Of a stretch of DNA of 20,000 bases, positions 1-9,449 are shown piece after piece (position 1 is the stretch's first letter; every line of letters begins with the position of its first letter). Origin of the DNA: Reclinomonas americana ATCC 50394 (taxonomy: Eukaryota); contig PS015034.1 of the NCBI GenBank assembly GCA_048213135.1, positions 130,320 through 150,319 on the forward strand. Direction: 5' to 3'. The notes under the pieces were generated by a model that ran no database searches, had not been told where the DNA came from, and was given only the letters and a program-made list of their open reading frames with translations. The translations under genes and the position numbers were made by a program.

Positions 1-2141
1 GTCGGTGAGGATGTGTGGAACATGTACAATGAGGCGTTTGACTGGCTGCCACTTGCGTGCACGTGCGTACCGCCTCGCCACTCTGTTGTTGCTGCTGTTG
101 CCAACTGATGTGCAACACACAGAATCGAGCAAAAGATTTTGTGCATCCACGGCGGCATTGGCGGCTCGATTCATCATCTGGGCCAACTGCAAAACATCAA
201 GAAACCAATAGAGGTGCCAGAGGACATTGAGTGCGAACAAGATCGGATCATCATCGATGCGCTGTGGAGCGACCCGACGGAACACGATCGCGTGCATGGT
301 GTACATCCGAACCTGCGTGGTGACAACATTGTGGCCTACGGCCCCGACCGCGTCAAGCAATTCTGTCGCGACAACGGGTTGGACCTCATCTTGCGTGCGC
401 ACGAATGTGTGGATGGCGGATACGAGTTCTTTGCCGACGGTCACTTGATCACCATTTTCTCGGCTACCAATTACTGCGGCAGGTGTGTGAGGCGTGCGGG
501 TGGCAAGTCGGTGGCATGTTGCTCATCTAATGCCCTTTTTCGCAGATACGAAAACAACGGTGCGATTGCCGAGATCACACTGGAGGGACGTGGTCAGGCC
601 ATCAAGGTCCGACAGAAGGTAATCAGCGCCAAGTCCGCCGAGGAGGCGGCCAGAAGGTGGAATGCAACGCAGTTCAGGCCGCCAACGCCACCGCGTGGGC
701 ACGGCAAGAGGAGTCCTCGCGACGAGGTTGACGACGAGGTCTACGAGAAGAGGGTGTGTATAGTTTGTGTGTGTGATCGACTGTCGTTTCTGCTGTCAAT
801 GCTCACAGTGCATCTTGTGGTCAGTTACCCAAGGTGTCTGCATTGTCGCTGGACGAGTCACCACCGTCGCCACCAAAGCGACAGGGAAGCACCGCTCCGT
901 TGCGGAATCGCTTCTCCAATCAGGGTGGTGCGAATGGCGCGGGTGGCAGCGGAGCGCTCGTGGGCGGCAGTGGTGTGGCGCAGAGGTACTGCACTGTCCC
1001 CCGCGCATGTTGTTGATTGTGTCGCCGTTGCTCATGTGACGCCCACCCCCACAGTTCACCTGGGATGATGCACCAGAGCGAGCGCATGACGACCATGCTG
1101 TCGCGTGGCGGAGGTGTCGGACCGTCGTCTCCTGCCCCTGTACCCAATGTCAAGTACGCCGGCGAGTATTTCCCGCCCGAGGTGGAGCAGTTCTTGCGAG
1201 TATCCGAGGTGTCGGCCGAGCGCATTGGCCATGTTGCGTGCATGGTAGACAGAGGGAGGGGGAGGAAGGGAGAGAGAGAAGAAGGGAGGAGGGAGGGAGG
1301 GAAAGAGAGAGAGAGATAAGAAAGAGGTATGAGTATGTGTAAGAGAGAGGCAGCGTGCGGGGGGCAGTGGGGTTGTGTGTCGGTGCCCCATCGCTCACGC
1401 ATTCTCCACAGGCGCGAGAGCTGTACGACGTCGCGCTGCGGGACGAGCCGGTTGCTGTGCGGGAACAGGGTCTCAATGAGGCACAGTTCACCAATCTGTT
1501 GGTGGAGTTGGGCGCCAATCGTCACTACTGCCGTCAGGTTTGTCGGATGGCATCGTTCGGAGGGAGAGATGTTTTGTCGCTCATATGAACTGTGTTGGTG
1601 CTCCAGTACTTCAAGGCGTTTGGTGGCATAACAACAGGTCGCGTCAATTTCGCGCAAATGGTGGCTGGCCTGGTGGTGCGTGCTGTGCATTCCTCTCTGA
1701 AGCCAGGCGTGGGGGAGTTCGTTTCNNNNNNNNNNNNNNNNNNNNTCACCTTGGTGTTGTGTTTGTGAACAGGCCATGGATCCCAACACGCCACACGCGG
1801 TGGACGACATCACGGGTGAGACGCGTCTGCGATACATCTTTGCCGTGTACGACCTGAATGAGGACGGCACGCTGGAGCACGACGAGTTGATCCACATGAT
1901 ACGACACATTCGACGAGGGCGCAACGAGGAGACGAGCACGCAGACGGTGGAGAACGACGTCGCCGAGTACATTGCCAGTCTGCGAAAGCAGACCGGTACT
2001 GCCAAGTCCTCGTTTACGATGCAAGAGTTTTGCGACGCTGTCAAGGCACTAACTTCCGTGGCACGTCCACTCTCTTCCGACTGCCACGAGCGCCGTTTTG
2101 ACGCACGCGCCGTGAGTGGTCGGGAGCTTGTATTTGAGTAA
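1..2141 (+). CDS. PPP-family Ser/Thr protein phosphatase, PPKL/BSU1-like catalytic domain (5' part outside window), followed by a low-complexity linker and a C-terminal EF-hand module
   Basis: Inferred exons: 1-62, 123-482, 546-753, 825-985, 1055-1232 (or 1208), 1412-1537, 1607-1675, 1773-2101/2141; all GT-AG and phase-compatible. Spliced protein has FDWLPLACTIEQKILCIHGGIG, ALWSDP, RG..YGPDRV, LILRAHE, FSATNYCG and a RPPTPPRG tail like BSU1/PPKL, then RLRYIFAVYDLNEDGTLEHDEL (canonical EF-hand loop). The exact 3' end is uncertain. Confidence 0.9.
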
Positions 2142-2198
2142 TCTCTCCTTTGTGTTGCCTCGTCGAGTGCATCTGTTCGCTCATCTCTCGTATATACA

Positions 2199-2222
2199 TG
2201 TGTGTGTGTGTGTGTGTGTGTG
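2199..2222 (+). repeat. (TG)n microsatellite
   Basis: Uninterrupted TG dinucleotide run between the convergent 3' ends of genes 1 and 2. Confidence 0.9.
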
Positions 2223-2344
2223 TTATGTTTTGCAACGAAAAAGAATGAAGTTCGGATTGTGGTGGTACAATGTGCACGGACGACAGACAGAAGGAGGAGG
2301 CAAGAGCAGGGGGAGAGACGGGCGAGGGAGCGAAAGAGGATTGA

Positions 2345-3653
2345 TTATTCGGCAGCGGCCTCTCCATCGGCAGCGGGTGCNNNNNNNNNNNNNNNNNNNN
2401 NNNNNNNNNNNNNNNNNNNNNNNNNNNNNNNNNNNNNNNNNNNNNNNNNNNNNNNNNNNNNNNNNNNNNNNNNNNNNNNNNNNNTTCCGCCTCCGCTGCT
2501 GGTGCTGATTCCTCCTCTGCTGCTGCTGGTGCTGCAGCAGCCTCCTCCGCTGGTGGCTCGGGCTCTGCAGCCGGCGCAGCCTCAGGCTCTGGAGCTGCCG
2601 CTGCTGCCTCCTCTGCAGGCGGCTGTTCGGCGGCCGGAGCCTCCTCGGCAGGCGCCTCTGCTGCTGGTGGCGCCGGAGCCTCACTGGCGGCCGGAGCCGG
2701 CTCATCGACAGCAACCGGCGCCTCTGCACCGGAGCCAGAGCCGCCCTCGTGCTCCTCTTCGTCAGCAGCAGCAGATGCAGCAGCTGCCGGTGGCGCGGGT
2801 GTACTCACAGGGTGCGACACTGGTGCAGCCGCCACATGCGCCTCACCTTGCCCCTCGCCTCGCCACGGTTGCGAATACGGCTCACCCTGCATGCACCACG
2901 GCCGCCAATGAGCAACGCCGGGGGATCACACACACTCTGCACAGAGAGATGCATCGCACCTTCTCCACGGCTTTCCGCGCCGCCACAAAGTTCTCAAACA
3001 GCTGCTGCAGCACCGGCGTGATGATGCCGTCGACTTGATCCACCAGGCGACCGCCCTGTGTCGGTTGCGAGTGAGAGAGGGATAGAGGAGAGGAGGAGGA
3101 AGAGAGACAAGTGGCACTCACCCAGTAGAAGAGAAAGAGGGGCTTGGAGTGCCCTATCCGCTCCGTCAGCATCGTGACCAACTCACGCTCCACCGGCCTC
3201 AACCCGCCCTCCACCTTGGACGCCGTCTCCACCGCCGTCTCACAGGCGATCTGTGCATGTTGAGCAACGAGACAGCTCACAGAGAGACACAGAGAGATAG
3301 ACACACCTTCAGCATACGAAAGTTGATCGATTGGCAGTCGGACTTGGTGTACCAGGCACGGAACGACGGCGCAATCACCTTGCTCGACCCTTTCATGCAT
3401 GAATGAACGAAAATCAGCATTCATCTCACTCTCACTCTCACGCATATGCTTGCACACTGACCTGCCCACTGCGTGTACACCTCCAACAGAGTCACTGCAT
3501 TGCCATCGTCGGCATCGGCACGCAGGCGGTCGCACAGAGGCAGCAAAGAGTCGCACTCAACATGCACCTGTGTGAGAGACGGATTGTGAGAGAAGGACAC
3601 AGAGAGAGAAAGAGACGGAGACAACGCACCTCGACATCCTTCTTTGGTGGCAT
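2345..3653 (-). CDS. Thioredoxin-fold protein (NME8/TXNDC3 or dynein light chain LC3/LC5-type Trx domain) lacking the CxxC cysteines, with an Ala/Glu/Pro-rich tail
   Basis: ATG at 3653 (MPPKKDVE) and 5 GT-AG introns. Spliced: TLLEVYTQWAGSSKVIAPSF...SKPLFLFYWGGRLVDQVDGIITPVLQQLF, matching the Trx pattern including the cis-Pro P-x-F-x-F segment. The tail runs through the gap at 2381-2484 and ends APAADGEAAAE-TAA at 2345. Confidence 0.7.
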
Positions 3654-3787
3654 CTTCTTGTTTGAGGGAGGAGGAAGCACGCAGTCAACAAGCAGAACGA
3701 ACTGTCCCTTGGTGTCGTAAACGCGCGCGAGCGGAATGGCGGGAATGCATTGTACCTACATATTTTGTCGCGTTTTTGCCACGCACG
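3654..3787. promoter_or_regulatory. Very short bidirectional promoter/5'UTR region with an E2F-like site
   Basis: Only 134 nt separate the divergent ATGs at 3653 (-) and 3788 (+). It contains TGGCGGGAAT at 3737-3746. Confidence 0.5.
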
Positions 3788-5882
3788 ATGTCTCTCTCAC
3801 CATCGCTCCTCGACAAGCGTCGCATCACGGTTCGTCTCCTCTCTCTGTTCTTTGCAGCGTCTCACTTTGCCTGTCTGCATTCTTGTGTGTTGTGCGTGTG
3901 TTTTTCCTAATGTCACGAGCGACTCTCTCACGCGCGCGCACTCACCGCCCACGCACGCACGCACGCACCACAGGTCATCTACCGCCAGCAGGCGCAGACT
4001 GTCAGCTGGTACCCCGATGCCAGCCCCGCTGGTATGCACTGCGCTTTGCCGATTCTATAAGTGTGTCGCGCGGTAAGATGGTGCCATGTCGACTCACCAC
4101 GAGCCCTCTCTCTTGCGTTTTGCGTTTGCGTGCAGAGATTGAGCGCCTGGTTCGTCAGGTGTTTGACATCCCCGCGCACCACTCGATCCTCCTGCGCGAT
4201 CTCGATGGAGACGCGGTCGTGGTGTCGCCCAACGTTTCGTGCCCATCGCATTCTTCCGTGCGCGCGTGTGTGTGTGTGCGACGCATCATGCTTGTTCTTC
4301 TCACAGCTGCCGAGCAACCGCACCTTCTCGCTCACCGTGGACGATACCTATCTGCGCCCGTCGTCGCCTTGTTGCGTCTGCGTCTGCATTGGTGTCTCAG
4401 GGGTGTCGCTGACGTGTGCATGCATTGCAGATCGCTCGACCACGCTGAGCGCCAGCTACTCGTCGCCATCGCGCACGTCGCCGTTCCGCTCGTCGTCGCC
4501 GGTCCTGTCCCGCTCGGCCGCCTCGCCGTTCCGCTCCTCGTCGCCGCTGCGCTGTTGCGTCTTTCGTTTTTCTCTACTGCTTCTTNNNNNNNNNNNNNNN
4601 NNNNNNNNNNNNNNNNNNNNNNNNNNNNNNNNNNNNNNNNNNNNNNNNNNNNNNNNNNNNNNNNNNNNNNNNNNNNNNNNNNNNNNNNNNNNNNNNNNNN
4701 NNNNNNNNNNNNNNNNNNNNNNNNNNNNNNNNNNNNNNNNNNNNNNNNNNNNNNNNNNNNNNNNNNNNNNNNNNNNNNNNNNNNNNNNNNNNNNNNNNNN
4801 NNNNNNNNNNNNNNNNNNNNNNNNNNNNNNNNNNNNNNNNNNNNNNNNNNNNNNNNNNNNNNNNNNNNNNNNNNNNNNNNNNNNNNNNNNNNNNNNNNNN
4901 NNNNNNNNNNNNNNNNNNNNNNNNNNNNNNNNNNNNNNNNNNNNNNNNNNNNNNNNNNNNNNNNNNNNNNNNNNNNNNNNNNNNNNNNNNNNNNNNNNNN
5001 NNNNNNNNNNNNNNNNNNNNNNNNNNNNNNNNNNNNNNNNNNNNNNNNNNNNNNNNNNNNNNNNNNNNNNNNNNNNNNNNNNNNNNNNNNNNNNNNNNNN
5101 NNNNNNGTATCTCTCTCTATCCGTGTCGCCGACAGTGCACCACAGCGGCCTCGCCGCGACTGTCTCCGCACCTGACAAGTTTTGTGTGTGTGTTTGCCTC
5201 TTATAACTCCCCTCTCCACCGCGTGGTGGTGCTGACCGACCCTTTTTCCGCACAGCGAGCCCGCGTTTTGCTGGCGGTGCCTCGTCGTCGTCGTCGGTTT
5301 TCGCCTCGTCGGGCCGTTCGCTGTCGCCGTCGCGCGCGGCGTCGTCGGCGCTGGCCAAGGAGTCGCTGGACCGCATCGACAAGCTGCGCAACTTTGAGAA
5401 GCACGTGCGTGAGCTGCAGGACAACAAGTTCCGCGAGTATTTCACCCTGTCGCCGGTGACGGGCGATTACATCTGGGCCAAGGATGTGACCTCGGGCGAG
5501 TTCATGAGCGCCATCTCCACCGATCTGTACTGGAATGCNNNNNNNNNNNNNNNNNNNNGGGAGCGTGCGGCCTGCTGTCGACTCGTCGGCGGGATGAGGT
5601 CGATCGCATCCTCAACGGTGCGCTGTCGGCGTACATGGATGCGGTCCGCGAGCTCGGACGTCGTGGCAACTTTGATTTGGTGGTGTCGATGGAGGCCGGC
5701 TTTGCACGCGAGGCGCTGCGGGCTGCCTACACCGAGACCATCAACGTCATCCAGCAGATCATCCACGAGAAGATCAAGGAGGCCGAGATCTACACTCGGT
5801 GAGTTTAGCGGACGCGCGCCGTGCCGGAGAGGGTGGAGTGGAACTGACGAGGGGCTTCTGCGTGCGCAGTGACGCATACTAA
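3788..5882 (+). CDS. Hypothetical protein: ubiquitin/PB1-like N-terminal domain, Ser/Pro/Arg-rich linker, predicted helical C-terminal domain
   Basis: ATG at 3788. Spliced N-terminus MSLSPSLLDKRRITVIYRQQAQTVSWYPDASPAEIERLVRQVFDIPAHHSILLRDLDGDAVVVSPNLPSNRTFSLTV has a beta-grasp-like pattern. SP-rich repeats occur on both sides of the 4586-5105 gap. C-terminal exons encode SLDRIDKLRNFEKHVRELQDNKFREYF...IIHEKIKEAEIYTR; a final intron at 5799-5869 gives ...YTRDAY-TAA (5882). Continuity across the gaps is assumed. Confidence 0.65.
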
Positions 5883-6216
5883 GGAACGACGATGGATTGC
5901 ACACTGCAGCGTGGGTACAGGGGGAGAGAGGAGAGTGATGAGAGCATTCCAGTGTACTTCTTTTGAGTAACGTCGATCAGCTGGGCACCTGTCCATGAAC
6001 ACAAGACATTAGGAGAGGAGGAACAGCGTGGCCGTTCTTTTGGTTCCAAGTGGGGGGTTTGGCGTTCAGAAAACGCCGTGGGAGAAAAAGAGAGAGAAGA
6101 GGACAGGAGATGCAAGGCAGGCCATAATGAGATAAGAGCCATGCCTGCCTCCCGCCCACTCCACAGCAGAAGTGGACCCGCGCGACACATTGGCACACGC
6201 CGGCCCACAACCACCA

Positions 6217-6254
6217 CCACCAAGTTACCGCCGGGAGCGGCGGCAACCTGGTGG
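6217..6254 (-). other. 17-bp stem / 4-nt loop hairpin in the H2A 3'UTR
   Basis: mRNA sense: CCACCAGGUUGCCGCCG-CUCC-CGGCGGUAACUUGGUGG, with 15 Watson-Crick and 2 G-U pairs. Confidence 0.7.
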
Positions 6255-6286
6255 ATTTGTTGCAGCAGAGGTGCAGGTGGAGGAGC

Positions 6287-6807
6287 TTACTGCTCGCCCT
6301 CGCCCTTGCCCTTCTTCTTGGGCAGCAGCGAGCCGTGGATGTGCGGAATGACACCACCCTGGGCAATGGTGACGTTCTTCAGCAGCTTGTTGAGCTCCTC
6401 GTCGTTGCGGACGGCCAGCTGGATGTGGCGCGGCACAATGCGCGACTTCTTGTTGTCGCGAGCGGCGTTGCCGGCGAGCTCGAGAATCTCAGCCGCCAGG
6501 TACTCCAGCACGGCGGCCAGGTACACGGGGGCGCCAGCGCCAATGCGCTCGGCGTAGTTGCCCGACTTGAGGAAACGAGCCAGACGACCCACAGGGAACT
6601 GCAGGCCGGCACGAGCAGAGCGCGAGATGGCCTGGAGAGAGAGAGAGAGAAGTGTTGTCAGCAACACTGTGCGCACACAAGACAACCACCACCATCGCCA
6701 CCATCGCCACACACACAAACCTTCGACTTGCTCTTGTTGCCGCCAATGATCTTGGCACCCTCCTCCACCACAGCCTTCATGGTCTTGGTCGCACGCACAG
6801 ACGCCAT
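6287..6807 (-). CDS. H2A: Histone H2A (143 aa, two exons)
   Basis: Exon 1 is 6807-6721, intron 6720-6632 (GTTTGT...GCTGAC...CCAG), exon 2 is 6631-6287 (TAA). Clear H2A core: [78 protein letters not shown]. Confidence 0.98.
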
Positions 6808-7414
6808 TTTGTTGATTGAGTTTTTCTTTGCTCACAAGCAGGTACTTGAAGAAGAATATGGGAAACACCGGGTTTCACATGCCGTCGAGCGGGAGTGCGA
6901 CGCCGCCGAAGACCACCCTCTTGGGTCGTTCGAAATGATCTCCATTGGCGGGAATCGCCGGCCGACCGATCGGAGTGGTGGGCTGCGCGGCGATGACCCG
7001 GGCTGTGGATGGCGCGACGATTAACGAGAATCATGATCATGCACTTGCGTCTGTGCGTGGGCCTTGGCGCTCCTTTCACAAATGGCAGTTGTGCCATCAG
7101 CAGTTGGTCCGCGTGCCTGCGCGGGAAAAAACCGGCCAATTCGCACGTTTTCTCCTCCGACGGCGCACTGCGATGCGCTGCTCTCCACCGGCACATGTGG
7201 TGAAGGTGGAGGTGGTGACGGGTGGTGACAGTGGCCGCCACGATGCGCACGCCATGCCCACACCGGAGCTAAAGATTCCAAGTCGACATCGACCGGCGAA
7301 TATGCGGCAAATTCGCACATTTTGCTGATTGCTTGCGTGGAGCGTGCGTAGTGCAATCGTGACTTGGCCTCTCGTCTTTTTGCCCCATACACACACCCGA
7401 CACGCACAAGAGAC
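6808..7414. promoter_or_regulatory. Bidirectional H2A/akirin promoter with E2F-like sites and CCAAT boxes
   Basis: ATTGG (6944-6948) overlaps TTGGCGGGAA (6945-6954). GCGCGGGAAA (7119-7128) lies next to CCAAT (7136-7140). Confidence 0.5.
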
Positions 7415-8374
7415 ATGTTGAAAGTGCAAAAGCGCCACTTCTCCATGATGGAGACGGAGGAGGCAAGCGCATCCCCGTTTGGCACCAGTGGCACCAGTGC
7501 CGCCGCCGCCGCCGCAGCCGCCGCCTCTGCCTCCTCTGCCTCCTCGTCCTCTCTCCACATTGGTGGCATGAGCGGCGGGTTGAGAAAGCAACACAATCCA
7601 CTGATGGGTGGCCTCTCGCGGCCGTTCGATGCCGATCCGCGGCCACTCAAGCGCCCCCACCTCGACTCAGCCTCGTCTTCCTCATCCTCTTCCTCCTCCT
7701 CATCGTCATCATCATCGTCAACAGCGCCAACAGCAACAACGGCAGCAGCAACGGCCGCCAAGAAGCTTCGTCGCCGCGGTGGCCGCCGATCGACCGACGC
7801 CACCATGGACAACGACGATGAGGACTACGGGGAGGAGGAGGACGAGGAGCTGGAGGAGGAGGAGGACGCAAGCAGCGGATTCCATCAACATCATCATCAC
7901 CGCCATCACAATCATCACCATGTGTCGACACAGCCGAGCATTCGTTTCGCGCTCTCACACGTGCTCTTGTGTGTGTGTCTCTCTCTGTTGCTCACGCGCG
8001 CGTGTGTGTGTGCACAGAGTGCAAGAACTGTGGTGCGTCGGTTGTACTTGATCCGGCGAGTCCCGCCGCGTCATTGCACTCGTCAGTGTCGTCATTATCA
8101 GTGGTCTCGGCTGCCGCACGTGCGTCCTCCCTCTCCTTGTCACACACACACACACGTGCGCGCTATGTGTTTTGCTGACTTGTTGTGCAGACTCGGTGGG
8201 AGGCGGATCGTCGTCGTCTGGTCGTGAGTTGCGCTACACGGAGGAGGAGCATGAGCGGCTGAAGCGAGCGGCTGTGGAGCGCGCTGTCATGGAGCGGGAG
8301 CAGGCGTTGCGCGAGGAGTTCCAGCGTGCGTCGCAGGAGCAGTTCTTTGCATTCCAGCGATTCCATGAGGTTTT

Positions 8375-8413
<39 letters not shown>

Positions 8414-8598
8414 CACACGAGTGCAATCGCCGTTCGTGTTTTGTACTCACTCTATCTCTCTCTTCTCGTAGGACTTTGTGGCGCAGCAGTTCCGCCGTCG
8501 GTGAGTTGTGGGCACGCGTTGTTGTGCATTTTGCTGCAGTGTGCCAACTCACGCCTCTCGTTTCTGCATTCCGCAGCGAGTGCTCTTACATTACGTAA
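7415..8598 (+). CDS. akirin: Akirin-like nuclear protein
   Basis: Inferred exons: 7415-7943, 8018-8119, 8191-8369, 8472-8500, 8577-8598. The C-terminus ERAVMEREQALREEFQRASQEQFFAFQRFHEDFVAQQFRRRECSYIT* parallels the akirin C-terminus (ERE..LREEY...EQY..FVKF..D.I......SYVS). It also has an N-terminal KR motif, an NLS-like PLKRPHL and a low-complexity middle region. Confidence 0.75.
8378..8411 (+). repeat. (CA)n microsatellite within akirin intron 3
   Basis: About 17 uninterrupted CA units. Confidence 0.9.
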
Positions 8599-9449
8599 GG
8601 CGCACTGATTAATATTCGTCACGCAGCGGCAGTCACTGCTGCTGCCGCCATCGTCGTCGTCGTTACCTCACAAGAATAAGTATTCTTTCACTCCCTCCCT
8701 TCTTGCATGTATGTGTGCGCGCACATTCATCGCTCTTCCNNNNNNNNNNNNNNNNNNNNNNNNNNNNNNNNNNNNNNNNNNNNNNNNNNNNNNNNNNNNN
8801 NNNNNNNNNNNNNNNNNNNNNNNNNNNNNNNNNNNNNNNNNNNNNNNNNNNNNNNNNNNNNNNNNNNNNNNNNNNNNNNNNNNNNNNNNNNNNNNNNNNN
8901 NNNNNNNNNNNNNNNNNNNNNNNNNNNNNNNNNNNNNNNNNNNNNNNNNNNNNNNNNNNNNNNNNNNNNNNNNNNNNNNNNNNNNNNNNNNNNNNNNNNN
9001 NNNNNNNNNNNNNNNNNNNNNNNNNNNNNNNNNNNNNNNNNNNNNNNNNNNNNNNNNNNNNNNNNNNNNNNNNNNNNNNNNNNNNNNNNNNNNNNNNNNN
9101 NNNNNNNNNNNNNNNNNNNNNNNNNNNNNNNNNNNNNNNNNNNNNNNNNNNNNNNNNNNNNNNNNNNNNNNNNNNNNNNNNNNNNNNNNNNNNNNNNNNN
9201 NNNNNNNNNNNNNNNNNNNNNNNNNNNNNNNNNNNNNNNNNNNNNNNNNNNNNNNNNNNNNNNNTCTCGCTTCCTGTGTGTTTAAAGAGAAACCCAGCTC
9301 CTTCCCCTCCCTCTTGCTCTCGGGCAGGACCGTTGTGTTGTGTAAATGACCTTCGCTGGTGTCGTTCAGATTGATAATGGTACACTTGGACATTTTTCAC
9401 AACAAAAAAAGACACAGCTCTCTCTCTCTCTCGCTGCGCTCCCAGTCTA

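Noticed and set aside
2485-2830. Repetitive GCT/GCC/CTC-rich tract as a tandem repeat or CRISPR-like array
   Set aside because: It is the Ala/Glu/Pro low-complexity coding tail of the thioredoxin-like gene, with no fixed repeat-spacer period.
6251-7024. 257-aa plus-strand ORF antisense to H2A, and similar antisense ORFs (920-2044, 7021-7812, 15509-16273)
   Set aside because: These are shadow ORFs expected from high GC and codon bias on the opposite strand, with no independent motifs.
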